Source: Candidatus Zixiibacteriota bacterium
GTDB taxonomy: Bacteria; Zixibacteria; MSB-5A5; UM-FILTER-46-8
Length of the DNA: 64,000 bases
Direction: 5' to 3'
Assembly (NCBI GenBank): GCA_014730175.1
Contig: WJIR01000314.1
Coordinates: forward strand, 92-64,091
The notes under the pieces are model-generated. The model saw only the letters and a list, made by a program, of their open reading frames with translations, was not told the DNA's origin and made no database searches. Made by a program: the position numbers and the translations under genes. Of the stretch, positions 45,916 through 55,283 are shown piece after piece. The first letter of the stretch is position 1; the number at the start of each line of letters is the position of its first letter.

Positions 45916-46890
45916 TTACGGAACTCTCGGTAATAGATCGATAATCTCCGAAGCCACTCTTAACGCCCTCAGCCCTGCTTCCCCATCAACTTGCGGTCGA
46001 GTATTATTCTTGATCGAATTAATGAAATCCTTGATCTCCGCTTCGAGCATATCCACCGCCTCTATTTCAGGATGGATGATTTCAATCGATTTCCCCTCGA
46101 TACCGGAAGGAATTCTAAAGATAGGAGCGACTTCGCCCCTCGTATCCGATGTTTCCTTTAGAAGATAGACCTCCGATTTGCGTTCGGCAAAATCTATCGC
46201 GATATATCCTGCCTTCTGGAATATCCTCATCTTACGCATGGGATGAGCGGAGATACGCGAGGCGGTAACATTGGCGGTGCATCCGGAAGGAAATTCTAAC
46301 CGGACATTGGCGATATCAGAGGTTTCAGTAATCACCGGCGCGCCGGCGCATCGTATTTCCGACGGCTCCTCGCCGATCATCGTCAGGATTATATCGATAT
46401 CATGGATCATCAGGTCAAGGATCACATCAACTTCGATACCGCGTCCGGCAAATTGCGTCAGGCGGTGCGATTCGATGAATAAAGGTTTATCTACATATTT
46501 TCTGGCGGCGGTAAATGCGGGATTAAATCTCTCGATATGCCCCACCTGAAGTATGACGCCTTTTTTTCTCGCCGCTTCTACAAGCTCCTCAGCCTGTCTA
46601 ACCGTGGTCGTTATCGGCTTTTCGATCAGCAAGTGTTTTCCGGCTTCGATTGCTTTCATCCCGATATCGAAATGCGATGTCGTGGGGGTGGCGATAGATA
46701 TGGCGTTGCATTCTGTTAGAGCCTCATCAAGGCTGTTGAACGAATTGAGGGCGCATTCCTCCGCTACCTTCTCGCTTTTCTGTTTGTCGATATCATAAAC
46801 ACCCGCCAGTTCACAGCCATCGGCTTTGATATATTTAGCTACATGGCTGCTGCCAAGATGCCCAACTCCTATCACAGCGGTCTTTATCAT
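45916..46890 (-). CDS. Gfo/Idh/MocA-family NAD-dependent oxidoreductase (candidate UDP-GlcNAc 3-dehydrogenase GnnA)
   Basis: IKTAVIGVGHLGSSHVAKY… Rossmann N-terminus and the overall Gfo/Idh/MocA layout. It lies between lpxA and lpxB, the genomic position of gnnA in organisms whose lipid A is built on GlcN3N. Confidence 0.7.
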   Translation of the reverse strand: MIKTAVIGVGHLGSSHVAKYIKADGCELAGVYDIDKQKSEKVAEECALNSFNSLDEALTECNAISIATPTTSHFDIGMKAIEAGKHLLIEKPITTTVRQAEELVEAARKKGVILQVGHIERFNPAFTAARKYVDKPLFIESHRLTQFAGRGIEVDVILDLMIHDIDIILTMIGEEPSEIRCAGAPVITETSDIANVRLEFPSGCTANVTASRISAHPMRKMRIFQKAGYIAIDFAERKSEVYLLKETSDTRGEVAPIFRIPSGIEGKSIEIIHPEIEAVDMLEAEIKDFINSIKNNTRPQVDGEAGLRALRVASEIIDLLPRVP

Positions 46891-47663
46891 TATTTTATGA
46901 TACCCCTTCTTGAGCGGGCGATGAAGTCCAGTATGGTTTTTATCTCTTCTGTTAGAGGAAGTTCTTCCTGAATTTTCTTTACGGCATCGGATGTGTTATA
47001 AGGAGAGTTGAATAAAATTCTGAAAGCTGACTTGATAATGTCTATTGATTCTTTTGAGAAACCGCGTCGTTCAAGCCCGATCCTGTTGACTGAGGCAATC
47101 TTGAGAGGATATCCCATGGCGATTCCGTATGGAACCATGTCCATGGTCGCTCGGTAGCCGCCGCCAATCATGGAATGAGCGCCTACACTAACGAACTGAT
47201 GCAGAGCTGTCACACCTCCGATAATGGCATAATCATGGATGTGAACGTGACCTCCCATCTGAACCGTATTCGCCAGTATCACGTTTTTGCCAAGATGACA
47301 ATCATGAGCGACATGTACATACGCCATTAAGAGCGAATTATCGCCTACACAGGTAAGGCGGCTTTCTTCGGTGGCGCGATTGATGGTAACGTATTCTCTG
47401 ATGGTTACGTTATTTCCGATTTTAACCTCGGATTCCTCGCCCTCAAATTTAAGATCCTGAGGCTCGGTACCGATTACAGCGCCAGGACTTATCTTGCAGT
47501 TTTCGCCAATTGTAGTGTTGTCGGTTATTATAGCGTGGGCGGCGATGCTGGTGCCCTTTCCGATTTTAACCGGTCCTTCAATGATAGAATAGGGACCGAC
47601 AGTAACATCATTGGCGAGTTCAGCGTCGCTGCTAACAATTGCGGTTTTATGAATATCTGTCAT
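46890..47663 (-). CDS. lpxA: UDP-N-acetylglucosamine O-acyltransferase
   Basis: Left-handed beta-helix hexapeptide repeats throughout, an LpxA-like N-terminus MTDIHKTAIVSSDAELANDVTVGPYSII, and a C-terminal helical domain. Confidence 0.9.
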   Translation of the reverse strand: MTDIHKTAIVSSDAELANDVTVGPYSIIEGPVKIGKGTSIAAHAIITDNTTIGENCKISPGAVIGTEPQDLKFEGEESEVKIGNNVTIREYVTINRATEESRLTCVGDNSLLMAYVHVAHDCHLGKNVILANTVQMGGHVHIHDYAIIGGVTALHQFVSVGAHSMIGGGYRATMDMVPYGIAMGYPLKIASVNRIGLERRGFSKESIDIIKSAFRILFNSPYNTSDAVKKIQEELPLTEEIKTILDFIARSRRGIIK

Positions 47664-47666
47664 ATC

Positions 47667-49070
47667 TTATTGCTTATCTTTTTCTCTGTCCACTACTGCG
47701 GCTTTAAGAATCCCCTCGGCGGCAACCTCACCATCCACGTAAGCCGCGCCAACGAATTTACACAATCCATGGCGATACCTGGCTAACGTAATGTCGCAGA
47801 TCAAAGCGTCGCCAGGAACCACCTGCCTGCGGAATTTTATACTTTCGATAGCGGTAAAGATAGGCCACATTTTTTCCGGTTCGTCAAGCATATTCATCAG
47901 TAGTAGAGCGCCCGCCTGCGCCATAGCTTCCACCACCAGAACTCCGGGCATAATAGGCTTGGGCGGGAAATGCCCCTGGAAATAACCTTCGTTTATCGTT
48001 ACGTTTTTCAGAGTAACGATCCTCTCACCGGCAACCATATTTACTACCCTATCAACCAGCAGGAACGGAAAGCGATGAGGTAAGAATTTCATAATGGCTT
48101 CGATGTCCATCAGATATTCGCCCCTAACCGGCTCGGTCTGATAACGCTTGGTGAGTTTCTTTATGTCCCGTTCCTTTTTGAGTATCTTCGCCAGTTCCAC
48201 GTTAGCGGCATGTCCCGAACGAGCTGCCAGAACATGCGCCTTAAGCGGCATTCCCAGCAAAGCCAGATCACCAATAAGGTCAACTACTTTGTGCCGGACG
48301 AGCTCGTTCGGAAAGCGAAGCTGGACATCGTTGACGATTCCATCTTTACCGACGAAAACGTCCTCCTCAATTCCGAAGACTCCCCGCAGTCTGCTTAAAT
48401 CTACCGCTTCGGGGTCATCGCAGACTATGATCGCATTATCCAGCGTTCCGCCTTTGATTAGTCCGTTCTTTTTCAACTCCTCTACCTCATGGAGGAAGCA
48501 GAAAGTACGAGCGGAGGCGAATTCATCCACGAATTCCTCATCGAGATCTACCAATGATGTGTACTGGGTTCCCAAAGCCGGCGACTTATAGTCCACCATA
48601 AACGTGATCCTGAATTCATCCGATGGAACCACCACCAAATCAACGCCGCGATCTTTTTCGGAATAGGTAATCGGCTTGTCTATCACCAGGTAATTCTTAT
48701 GATGGTCCTGTTCTACGATATCTGCATCCAGCAATACGTCCACATAGGGTTTGGAGGAGCCATCTGTAACGGGAGGTTCGTTAGCATTGAGCGTCACTAT
48801 TACATTATCTATTTGCAGCCCGGCTAACGCGGCAAGTACATGTTCCACGGTATGTACTTCAACCTTATTTTTAGCCAAAGTGGTACCACGCGTGATATCC
48901 ACCACATTGTCGATATGCGCCGGGATCTCCGGACTGCCCTCAATGTCTTCCCGGACAAAAATGATACCGTGGTTTATCGGCGCTGGTTTGAAAGTTATGG
49001 TACACTGATTGCCGGTATGTAATCCGATACCTGATAGCGACACCGGTTTTTTTATGGTTCTCTGTTTCAT
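47667..49070 (-). CDS. lpxC/fabZ: bifunctional UDP-3-O-acyl-GlcNAc deacetylase / 3-hydroxyacyl-ACP dehydratase (LpxC/FabZ fusion)
   Basis: The N-terminus MKQRTIKKPVSLSGIGLHTGNQCTITFKPAP is LpxC. The C-terminus LPHRFPFLLVDRVV…EGYFQGHFPPKPIMPGVLVVEAMAQ is the FabZ hot-dog domain. Confidence 0.9.
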   Translation of the reverse strand: MKQRTIKKPVSLSGIGLHTGNQCTITFKPAPINHGIIFVREDIEGSPEIPAHIDNVVDITRGTTLAKNKVEVHTVEHVLAALAGLQIDNVIVTLNANEPPVTDGSSKPYVDVLLDADIVEQDHHKNYLVIDKPITYSEKDRGVDLVVVPSDEFRITFMVDYKSPALGTQYTSLVDLDEEFVDEFASARTFCFLHEVEELKKNGLIKGGTLDNAIIVCDDPEAVDLSRLRGVFGIEEDVFVGKDGIVNDVQLRFPNELVRHKVVDLIGDLALLGMPLKAHVLAARSGHAANVELAKILKKERDIKKLTKRYQTEPVRGEYLMDIEAIMKFLPHRFPFLLVDRVVNMVAGERIVTLKNVTINEGYFQGHFPPKPIMPGVLVVEAMAQAGALLLMNMLDEPEKMWPIFTAIESIKFRRQVVPGDALICDITLARYRHGLCKFVGAAYVDGEVAAEGILKAAVVDREKDKQ

Positions 49071-49094
49071 TCTCTATCTCTCCTGCGATATCTT

Positions 49095-50630
49095 TCAACT
49101 CCACAGATTACGATCCAGGGCTCGATACTGAATCGCCTCGGAAATATGTTCGGGGGCGATACTCTCAACGCCGGATATATCCGCGATAGTGCGGCTTACT
49201 TTGAGTATCCTGTCGTAAGCTCTCGCGGATAATCCCAGCCGATTTATCGCCACTCGCAGTAAATTAGCTGATTTATCATCGATTGGACAGTAGTTTCTTA
49301 AATCTTTTGAACCCATGTGGGCATTACAGAAAATAACCGGGCGGTCAGCAAAACGTTTTAGCTGGATATCCCGGGCTTTGTTTACCCTTTCACGAATTTC
49401 AACGGAACGTTCTCCTGACGGCGCCGCTGTCAGTTCTTTCAGCTTTACTGCCGGTACTTCTATGTGAATATCAATCCTGTCAAGTAATGGCCCCGAAATG
49501 CGGGAACGGTATCGTTCGATAGCTCCGGTGGAACATTTGCATTCGTGGGAATTGTCGCCATAGTATCCACAGGGGCAGGGATTCATGGCGGCTGCCAGCA
49601 TGAATCGCGAGGGATAACTAAGAGTCATCACGGCCCTGGAGATAGTCACTTTTCCGTCTTCCAGCGGTTGACGCATCATATCCAGAACGCTTTTCTTATA
49701 CTCTGCCAGTTCATCGAGAAATAGTACGCCATGATGTGCCAATGATACTTCGCCCGGCTTGGGATAAACGCCGCCGCCGATCAATCCTGCATCGGAGATC
49801 GTATGATGTGGCGCGCGGAATGGACGCGTAGCAAGCAATGCTTCGCCGTCCTTCAGCGTCCCCGCTACCGAATGGATTTTGGTAGTGTCTAATGCCTCCT
49901 CCAGAGATAGCCTGGGGAGTATCCCCGGAATCCTGCGAGCCAGCATCGTTTTGCCCGATCCCGGCGGACCTATCATAAGGATATTATGCCCTCCCGCGGC
50001 CGCAACCTCCAGCGCTCGTTTGGCATGGATTTGGCCCTTTACGTCCGAAAAGTCCTCTGCATAGATGCTGGCTTCCTCGAAAAGTCTGTTTATATCCACT
50101 GTAAACGGCTGAATTGATTCGCCGTTTTCAAGGAAATTTATGGTCTGCGCCAGGCTGTCAACCGGAAAGACCGGAACTCCCTCGGCGATAGCCGCTTCGG
50201 CAGCATTGCCCTTGGGCACGATGAGCTTTTTACTCCTATCCTCTCTTAATTTCATCGCCATCGGCAGCACACCGTTTATTTCGCGTAATTTGCCATCTAA
50301 TGACAATTCCCCCAGAAACACGAATTCATCAAAATCATCCCTCCGTATCTGACCGGTAGCCGCCAGTATCCCCACCGCCATCGGCAAATCGAAAGCCGTC
50401 CCCATCTTTTTGATATCCGCAGGAGCCAGATTAACGGTGATTTTTTTCGAAGGAAAATAAAAACCTGAATTACGTATCGCCGCCTTTACTCTGTCCTTGG
50501 ATTCCTTAACGGCGGTTTCCGGCAAACCAACGGTAGTAAAAGCCGGTAACTGAGGAGATATGTCTGTTTCTACGCCAACGATATAGGCATCTATCCCGAC
50601 AACTGCGGAGGAATGGACTATTGACAGCAC
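49095..50630 (-). CDS. yifB: YifB/ComM-family Mg-chelatase-like AAA+ ATPase
   Basis: N-terminal Lon-like domain (MLSIVHSSAVVGIDAYIVGVE), a Walker A box LMIGPPGSGKTMLA, and the overall YifB layout. Confidence 0.9.
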   Translation of the reverse strand: MLSIVHSSAVVGIDAYIVGVETDISPQLPAFTTVGLPETAVKESKDRVKAAIRNSGFYFPSKKITVNLAPADIKKMGTAFDLPMAVGILAATGQIRRDDFDEFVFLGELSLDGKLREINGVLPMAMKLREDRSKKLIVPKGNAAEAAIAEGVPVFPVDSLAQTINFLENGESIQPFTVDINRLFEEASIYAEDFSDVKGQIHAKRALEVAAAGGHNILMIGPPGSGKTMLARRIPGILPRLSLEEALDTTKIHSVAGTLKDGEALLATRPFRAPHHTISDAGLIGGGVYPKPGEVSLAHHGVLFLDELAEYKKSVLDMMRQPLEDGKVTISRAVMTLSYPSRFMLAAAMNPCPCGYYGDNSHECKCSTGAIERYRSRISGPLLDRIDIHIEVPAVKLKELTAAPSGERSVEIRERVNKARDIQLKRFADRPVIFCNAHMGSKDLRNYCPIDDKSANLLRVAINRLGLSARAYDRILKVSRTIADISGVESIAPEHISEAIQYRALDRNLWS

Positions 50631-50899
50631 GTTGTTTAAACTTCCTTTTAATGAACATTTAAAATTATAACTTGATAAGTTATCTGTTTTGTGCTGTCAA
50701 GTCAATAAATTTAGCTAATCGAATCCTGATTGGTATGCGCCACGACCTGTCCACTAAAACAGGTAAAGGTCGGTTCCGAATATAGCGAGATCCGACATCG
50801 TTTACCGGCATAAAATCTTCCTCATATTCGTCGCAACTATTACCGCTTATCCTCGTAATCTATTATATTGAATCTCGAATAATCGGTAAACTGGTTAAA

Positions 50900-51703
50900 A
50901 TGAGGAGTCGTCCGATGAAACGTTTCTTGTTAGTATCTCTTACTATAATGTTCTTACTTGCGGGTGTGCAAAATTGCCTGAGCATGGGGAAACATAAAGG
51001 CTCCGGCAATGTAGCCGCCGAGGTCCGGGAATTTAAAAATGTTCACGGAGTTGAGCTGGATACCTTCGCCGACCTGGATATTAGAATAGGCGATAAAAAT
51101 GAGCTTCGTATCGAAGCCGAGGATAACCTGATCGAATATTTCGAAACCGAAATCGAAGACGGGATCCTACAGATAGGAACCAAAGACAATGTTAATATCC
51201 ATACTACGAAGGATGTCAATTTATTCCTTACCTTAAAGAAGCTCGATACGGTCGTAATATCCAGCAGCGGAGATATAAGCGCGCCTGATATCAACTCGAA
51301 TACATTTCAACTGGTGATAAACAGCTCCGGTGATTATGAGATGGGTGATTTAAATGCTGATAAGGTAGAAATCGTCATAAACAGCTCCGGCGATGCGAAG
51401 ATCAGTACGCTCAACGCGGACAGAATCGATATTGTTCTTAGTAGCTCCGGAGACCTGGAGATAGCGGATGGTAAAATCGACAAGCAGGATATTTTCATCA
51501 GCAGTTCGGGAGATTACAAGGCGCTGAAACTCGATAGTAAAGTCGCTGACGTACATATCAGCAGCAGCGGCGACGCCCATATAAAGGTCACGCATGAACT
51601 TAATGCTCAACTTTCCAGCAGCGGCGGCGTTCGCTACGCCGGTGATCCCAGAATTGACCAGGTAATCACATCCTCCGGCGAAATCCGTCGCGCGGGATGG
51701 TAA
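50900..51703 (+). CDS. lipoprotein with a head-GIN/DUF2807-type repeat domain (putative adhesin-like beta-helix)
   Basis: Lipobox …LLAGVQNC, then seven repeats spaced about 20 aa apart, each centred on (I/L)(S/N)SSGD (ISSSGDIS, INSSGDYE, INSSGDAK, LSSSGDLE, ISSSGDYK, ISSSGDAH, LSSSGGVR). Confidence 0.5.
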   Translation: MRSRPMKRFLLVSLTIMFLLAGVQNCLSMGKHKGSGNVAAEVREFKNVHGVELDTFADLDIRIGDKNELRIEAEDNLIEYFETEIEDGILQIGTKDNVNIHTTKDVNLFLTLKKLDTVVISSSGDISAPDINSNTFQLVINSSGDYEMGDLNADKVEIVINSSGDAKISTLNADRIDIVLSSSGDLEIADGKIDKQDIFISSSGDYKALKLDSKVADVHISSSGDAHIKVTHELNAQLSSSGGVRYAGDPRIDQVITSSGEIRRAGW

Positions 51704-51809
51704 ACGAGAACCTGATGCTATTTAGATGGTCAACCACTATCAGCGGTATTTGTGAATTTTATTGCTTATATAGACAAGACCTTTACACAGCTTGACTGTA
51801 TATTACTCG

Positions 51810-51887
51810 AATTATTCCATTGACAATTACATCGGGTCTGTTTGTATTAAATTAACTAATTAATTAGCTACGCTAATTATTCCATTG
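51810..51887 (+). promoter_or_regulatory. candidate operator upstream of the Phd/YefM gene: 13 bp direct repeats flanking a 12 bp perfect palindrome
   Basis: AATTATTCCATTG occurs at 51810-51822 and 51875-51887; the perfect palindrome CTAATTAATTAG is at 51856-51867. Confidence 0.4.
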
Positions 51888-52189
51888 TGTCCATGACAAA
51901 AAAAGTTAAACGCAAAATAACTAAATCCGTATCCGCGCTTAACGCCCGCACTCATTTCGGTGAGATATTGGAACGCGCCGGAAGCGGTCAGGAACGCTTC
52001 CTCATTTATCGGAAAGGAGAACCGACCGCTGTCATCTTGGGCATAGAGGATTTTCTGGAGAACATTACCGACGATCCGGAAGTATTCCGAAAAGCCCACC
52101 TTAAGGCAAAAGGGGCGAAACTGGATCAACTCACGATGGACGAAATTGATCGTGAGGTTACCGAAGTCCGACGTAACACCAACGAGTAA
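51887..52189 (+). CDS. Phd/YefM-family type II antitoxin (apparently orphan)
   Basis: SALNARTHFGEILERAG…ERFLIYRKGEPTAVILGIEDF matches the Phd/YefM fold signature. The track start at 51887 is GTG; an ATG lies at 51893. No toxin ORF follows. Confidence 0.55.
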   Translation: MSMTKKVKRKITKSVSALNARTHFGEILERAGSGQERFLIYRKGEPTAVILGIEDFLENITDDPEVFRKAHLKAKGAKLDQLTMDEIDREVTEVRRNTNE

Positions 52190-52215
52190 GCGATGGCTCG
52201 CTTGATTCCGGATCT

Positions 52216-54369
52216 CTACAACTCCCCAATCCCAAACTTAATCCCGATTCGCTTCGCCTCGCGCGGCGCAAGGATCAGTTTCCAGTTCGGCATCAGTACC
52301 GAAGACTGGTAAACCTTCTCAAATCCTCCTTCCGATAACGATACCGTATGGATAGGAAATAGCCACAAATCAGCCTCGGAGGATAGTTCGAATCTGCATT
52401 CGGTATTTAGATAAGTATCCTTGATTCCGTAAACTTCAACATCGGAAAGTTGATGAACGCTGGACAGATTACGAGGCTTCACCTTGCGGCCTGCTACGAA
52501 ATAATACCTGTCCGCCGACTCCCCGTCCAGCATGGAGAGATTACATTCACAGCCAAACCATAGCGGCAGTTTCTTATCACATCCGCTGGCAAGAGTGTAC
52601 TCTATTTCCACCGATGCGGAATCATTGGGAACTGTTATCACCTTTCTAACCGTGAGTTGACAAGTCCCATCCTCACAGCCGACTGTGCCCTCCCGGCTTA
52701 GGATTATCCTTAAGCTTTCTTCATCCCCATCGGTTTCCAGAAGGTATTCGCCCTCAACGAAATCACCATATTCATTGTAGTCGCAGGCAGAAAATTTCTC
52801 CAAAGTGGTAGTTGGAGATAGAAAATGGTCTATCAGGAATGTCCGCCGGTAACTATCGTAATGAAGTAGTTTCTCCAATCCCTTTTCCTTGGACTGGATC
52901 ATATCATGTATACTGGCAGCATCGTCTTTCGCAGGTTTCTTGGTGAGATTCTCAAGTATCTGACGGTGATACGCTTCCTCACGTCTGGTTACAGTATTCA
53001 GGAAATTAAATGGATTCTTTTTGTAATCTAATTCGTAAATCGTTCCGCCCCGCAACGGCGACAGGTATATATTGATATGCGGTGTCTCGACGATAAACTC
53101 ATCATTTCCGTCGCGATCGATATCGAATTTATTAGTCTCTATCCAGGTGGAGTTGTTATGCACCACCTTATCCACCAACTTATCGGCGGCAATCAGATGT
53201 TGATATACCGAAGAACGCAGGTTATTCAGATATAATCCTCCGAAAACCCCGTGCCAGTAGGAATCGTTGCATTGCCCCGCAAATTTCTCCCGATTAGCTT
53301 CATCTAAAACGGATAGATTCTGTGATTTGGTCGTATTGTTCCGCGCTTGCTTTATCTTACGGTCTATCCATAACATCTTTTTGTTTAGATTGTTAGCCTC
53401 GGGATACTTGGAAAGAAAATTCCGCCAGAATCCACCCCGGACGAAAATTCCATACTTATCCATCAATCCGTCTTCTTCCAACTGCTTTTCAAAATCCTGA
53501 TACTGGACAGTAGCGCGCGCCGGTAATGACCATTCCATCATCTCGGCGTAAGACGCGGTCGGCAGATATACATTCCCCTTTGGTTTAATCGAATTTATAA
53601 CCTCGCTGAAATGAGCTGTCCGGATTATGTCGCTGCATTTAAGAATGGTTTCGATAAAATTCGGAAGCCATTTCTTTTCGTAACAAAGTTTATGAGTGCC
53701 AGGCCAGATACCGAATTTCTCGGCATCATCAGCATAAACAATTACCGGATTCCCCGCTTTGTTGCACAATTGCATGAGATGGTCGACAGTTTCCGGTATA
53801 TCTTTGAATGGAATGGAGTATCTCAAGAATTTACTGGAAGGAAATATCCTGACGATACTTCCGGTCTCCTCAGCGATATAATATCCATCGAGTTGATGAT
53901 CCTGCAGTCCGGCATATCGAAAATGATTATCATCCACAACCACATATTCAATCCCCGCTTTGCTCAAAGATGCCGGAAGGTGAGGTTCCCATACCCGCTC
54001 GGCAAGCCACATTCCGGTTGGTTTGGCTCCGGCGCGGTTCTCCAGCGTTTCACTCAACATCTTGATTTGCTCCACCTTGTCCTCATCCGGAATAATCGCC
54101 AGAACCGGTTCGTAATACCCTCCGGATAAAAGCTCCAACTGTCCCCGCTCCACCATTTCTTTAATCATTTTGATATGATCGGGGAAATGCCTTTCTATCC
54201 ACTCAAATAAAATACCGCTGTAATGCAGGCATAATTTAAACTGGGGATATTCATAAAATGCGGATAAGCAAGGATGATAGCAGCGTTTATATGAATCTGC
54301 GAAAACGAAATCAAAATTGCCCACCGGCTGATGGGCATGTATGGCAAATACAAATTTTACCGTATTCAT
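52216..54369 (-). CDS. glycoside hydrolase family 57 alpha-glucan-active enzyme (alpha-amylase / branching-enzyme type)
   Basis: The N-terminus VKFVFAIHAHQPVGNF (GH57 region I, HxHQP) and the 717 aa size are typical of GH57. Confidence 0.85.
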   Translation of the reverse strand: MNTVKFVFAIHAHQPVGNFDFVFADSYKRCYHPCLSAFYEYPQFKLCLHYSGILFEWIERHFPDHIKMIKEMVERGQLELLSGGYYEPVLAIIPDEDKVEQIKMLSETLENRAGAKPTGMWLAERVWEPHLPASLSKAGIEYVVVDDNHFRYAGLQDHQLDGYYIAEETGSIVRIFPSSKFLRYSIPFKDIPETVDHLMQLCNKAGNPVIVYADDAEKFGIWPGTHKLCYEKKWLPNFIETILKCSDIIRTAHFSEVINSIKPKGNVYLPTASYAEMMEWSLPARATVQYQDFEKQLEEDGLMDKYGIFVRGGFWRNFLSKYPEANNLNKKMLWIDRKIKQARNNTTKSQNLSVLDEANREKFAGQCNDSYWHGVFGGLYLNNLRSSVYQHLIAADKLVDKVVHNNSTWIETNKFDIDRDGNDEFIVETPHINIYLSPLRGGTIYELDYKKNPFNFLNTVTRREEAYHRQILENLTKKPAKDDAASIHDMIQSKEKGLEKLLHYDSYRRTFLIDHFLSPTTTLEKFSACDYNEYGDFVEGEYLLETDGDEESLRIILSREGTVGCEDGTCQLTVRKVITVPNDSASVEIEYTLASGCDKKLPLWFGCECNLSMLDGESADRYYFVAGRKVKPRNLSSVHQLSDVEVYGIKDTYLNTECRFELSSEADLWLFPIHTVSLSEGGFEKVYQSSVLMPNWKLILAPREAKRIGIKFGIGEL

Positions 54370-55268
54370 TAGAATATCTCCAGATGGATATATTTCTTCG
54401 GATTCTTTTTGATGTCAAGAATTAGGCTGTCCAAATCCTCGGAAGTCTTTTTCAAGCTATTATATAATTCCTGTTCATCGGAAAGCATTGTGCCCAATGT
54501 ATTATCTTTAGAATTCAGTTTGTTGCTTATCTGCTTAAAGTTATCGGAAATCTCGGATAGTTTATCGGTCAGTTCTAACAGTTTCACCGATGCGCTATCC
54601 AGATTACTCACGGTATTTGTAAACTTCGCTTCGTTGCTATCAACAAAAGTTCTAAGTTGATCTGCCGAGTAAGATAAATCCGTAACCGTTTTCCTCAGTG
54701 GCTTCTTGGTGTCATCCAGCAAGGAACGGGTTTCACGTGTTACCTTTAGGAGATTGTCGATAATCTCGGTGACCTTAGTGGTTGCCTGCTCGGTTCCGAT
54801 CGTTCCGGCGATAGTCCGTATCAGTTCCCTGATTTCATCGATCCCCCGCCCCATCATCCCCATCACTTCAGGAATGCCGGTATCATAGAATCCCTTTGAG
54901 GGTGTGCTAAGATTGAGGAGTGTATCGGACTGCCCCGGTTTGATCTGTATAAACCGCTCACCCATCAAACCTATGTTCATGATGGTGAATTCCGCATCCC
55001 TCTTTAACACGACATCTTTAGTTAAGTTAAATGTAACCAAAACCCTTCCCTCTTTGATATCGATCTTCTTCACCTCTCCCTTGTCCACACCCAGCACCCC
55101 AACCGGATCGCCGACATCAAGAGAACCTACTTCGGGAAACCAGACTTGATGTTGATACCTTTCAACATTGAATTTATATTCCTTGAGCCACATGATGGCA
55201 TAACCCAAAATGATGATAGCTAAGAATATAACTATCCCTACCCTTAACTCGATTTTCCTACTACTCAT
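54369..55268 (-). CDS. MlaD/Mce-family protein (MCE domain plus a C-terminal coiled coil)
   Basis: N-terminal TM anchor, an MCE-like beta barrel (…GVLGVDKGEVKKIDIKEGRVLVTFNL…), and a C-terminal helical region. Confidence 0.6.
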   Translation of the reverse strand: MSSRKIELRVGIVIFLAIIILGYAIMWLKEYKFNVERYQHQVWFPEVGSLDVGDPVGVLGVDKGEVKKIDIKEGRVLVTFNLTKDVVLKRDAEFTIMNIGLMGERFIQIKPGQSDTLLNLSTPSKGFYDTGIPEVMGMMGRGIDEIRELIRTIAGTIGTEQATTKVTEIIDNLLKVTRETRSLLDDTKKPLRKTVTDLSYSADQLRTFVDSNEAKFTNTVSNLDSASVKLLELTDKLSEISDNFKQISNKLNSKDNTLGTMLSDEQELYNSLKKTSEDLDSLILDIKKNPKKYIHLEIF

Positions 55269-55283
55269 ATTATTGTATCTTCT

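Noticed and set aside
48148-48591. A 147-aa plus-strand ORF within lpxC/fabZ, plus other short ORFs antisense to lpxA, gnnA-like, yifB, rpoN and the TonB-like gene.
   Set aside because: All are embedded antisense to strongly supported genes; S/R-rich translations typical of out-of-frame GC-skewed sequence.
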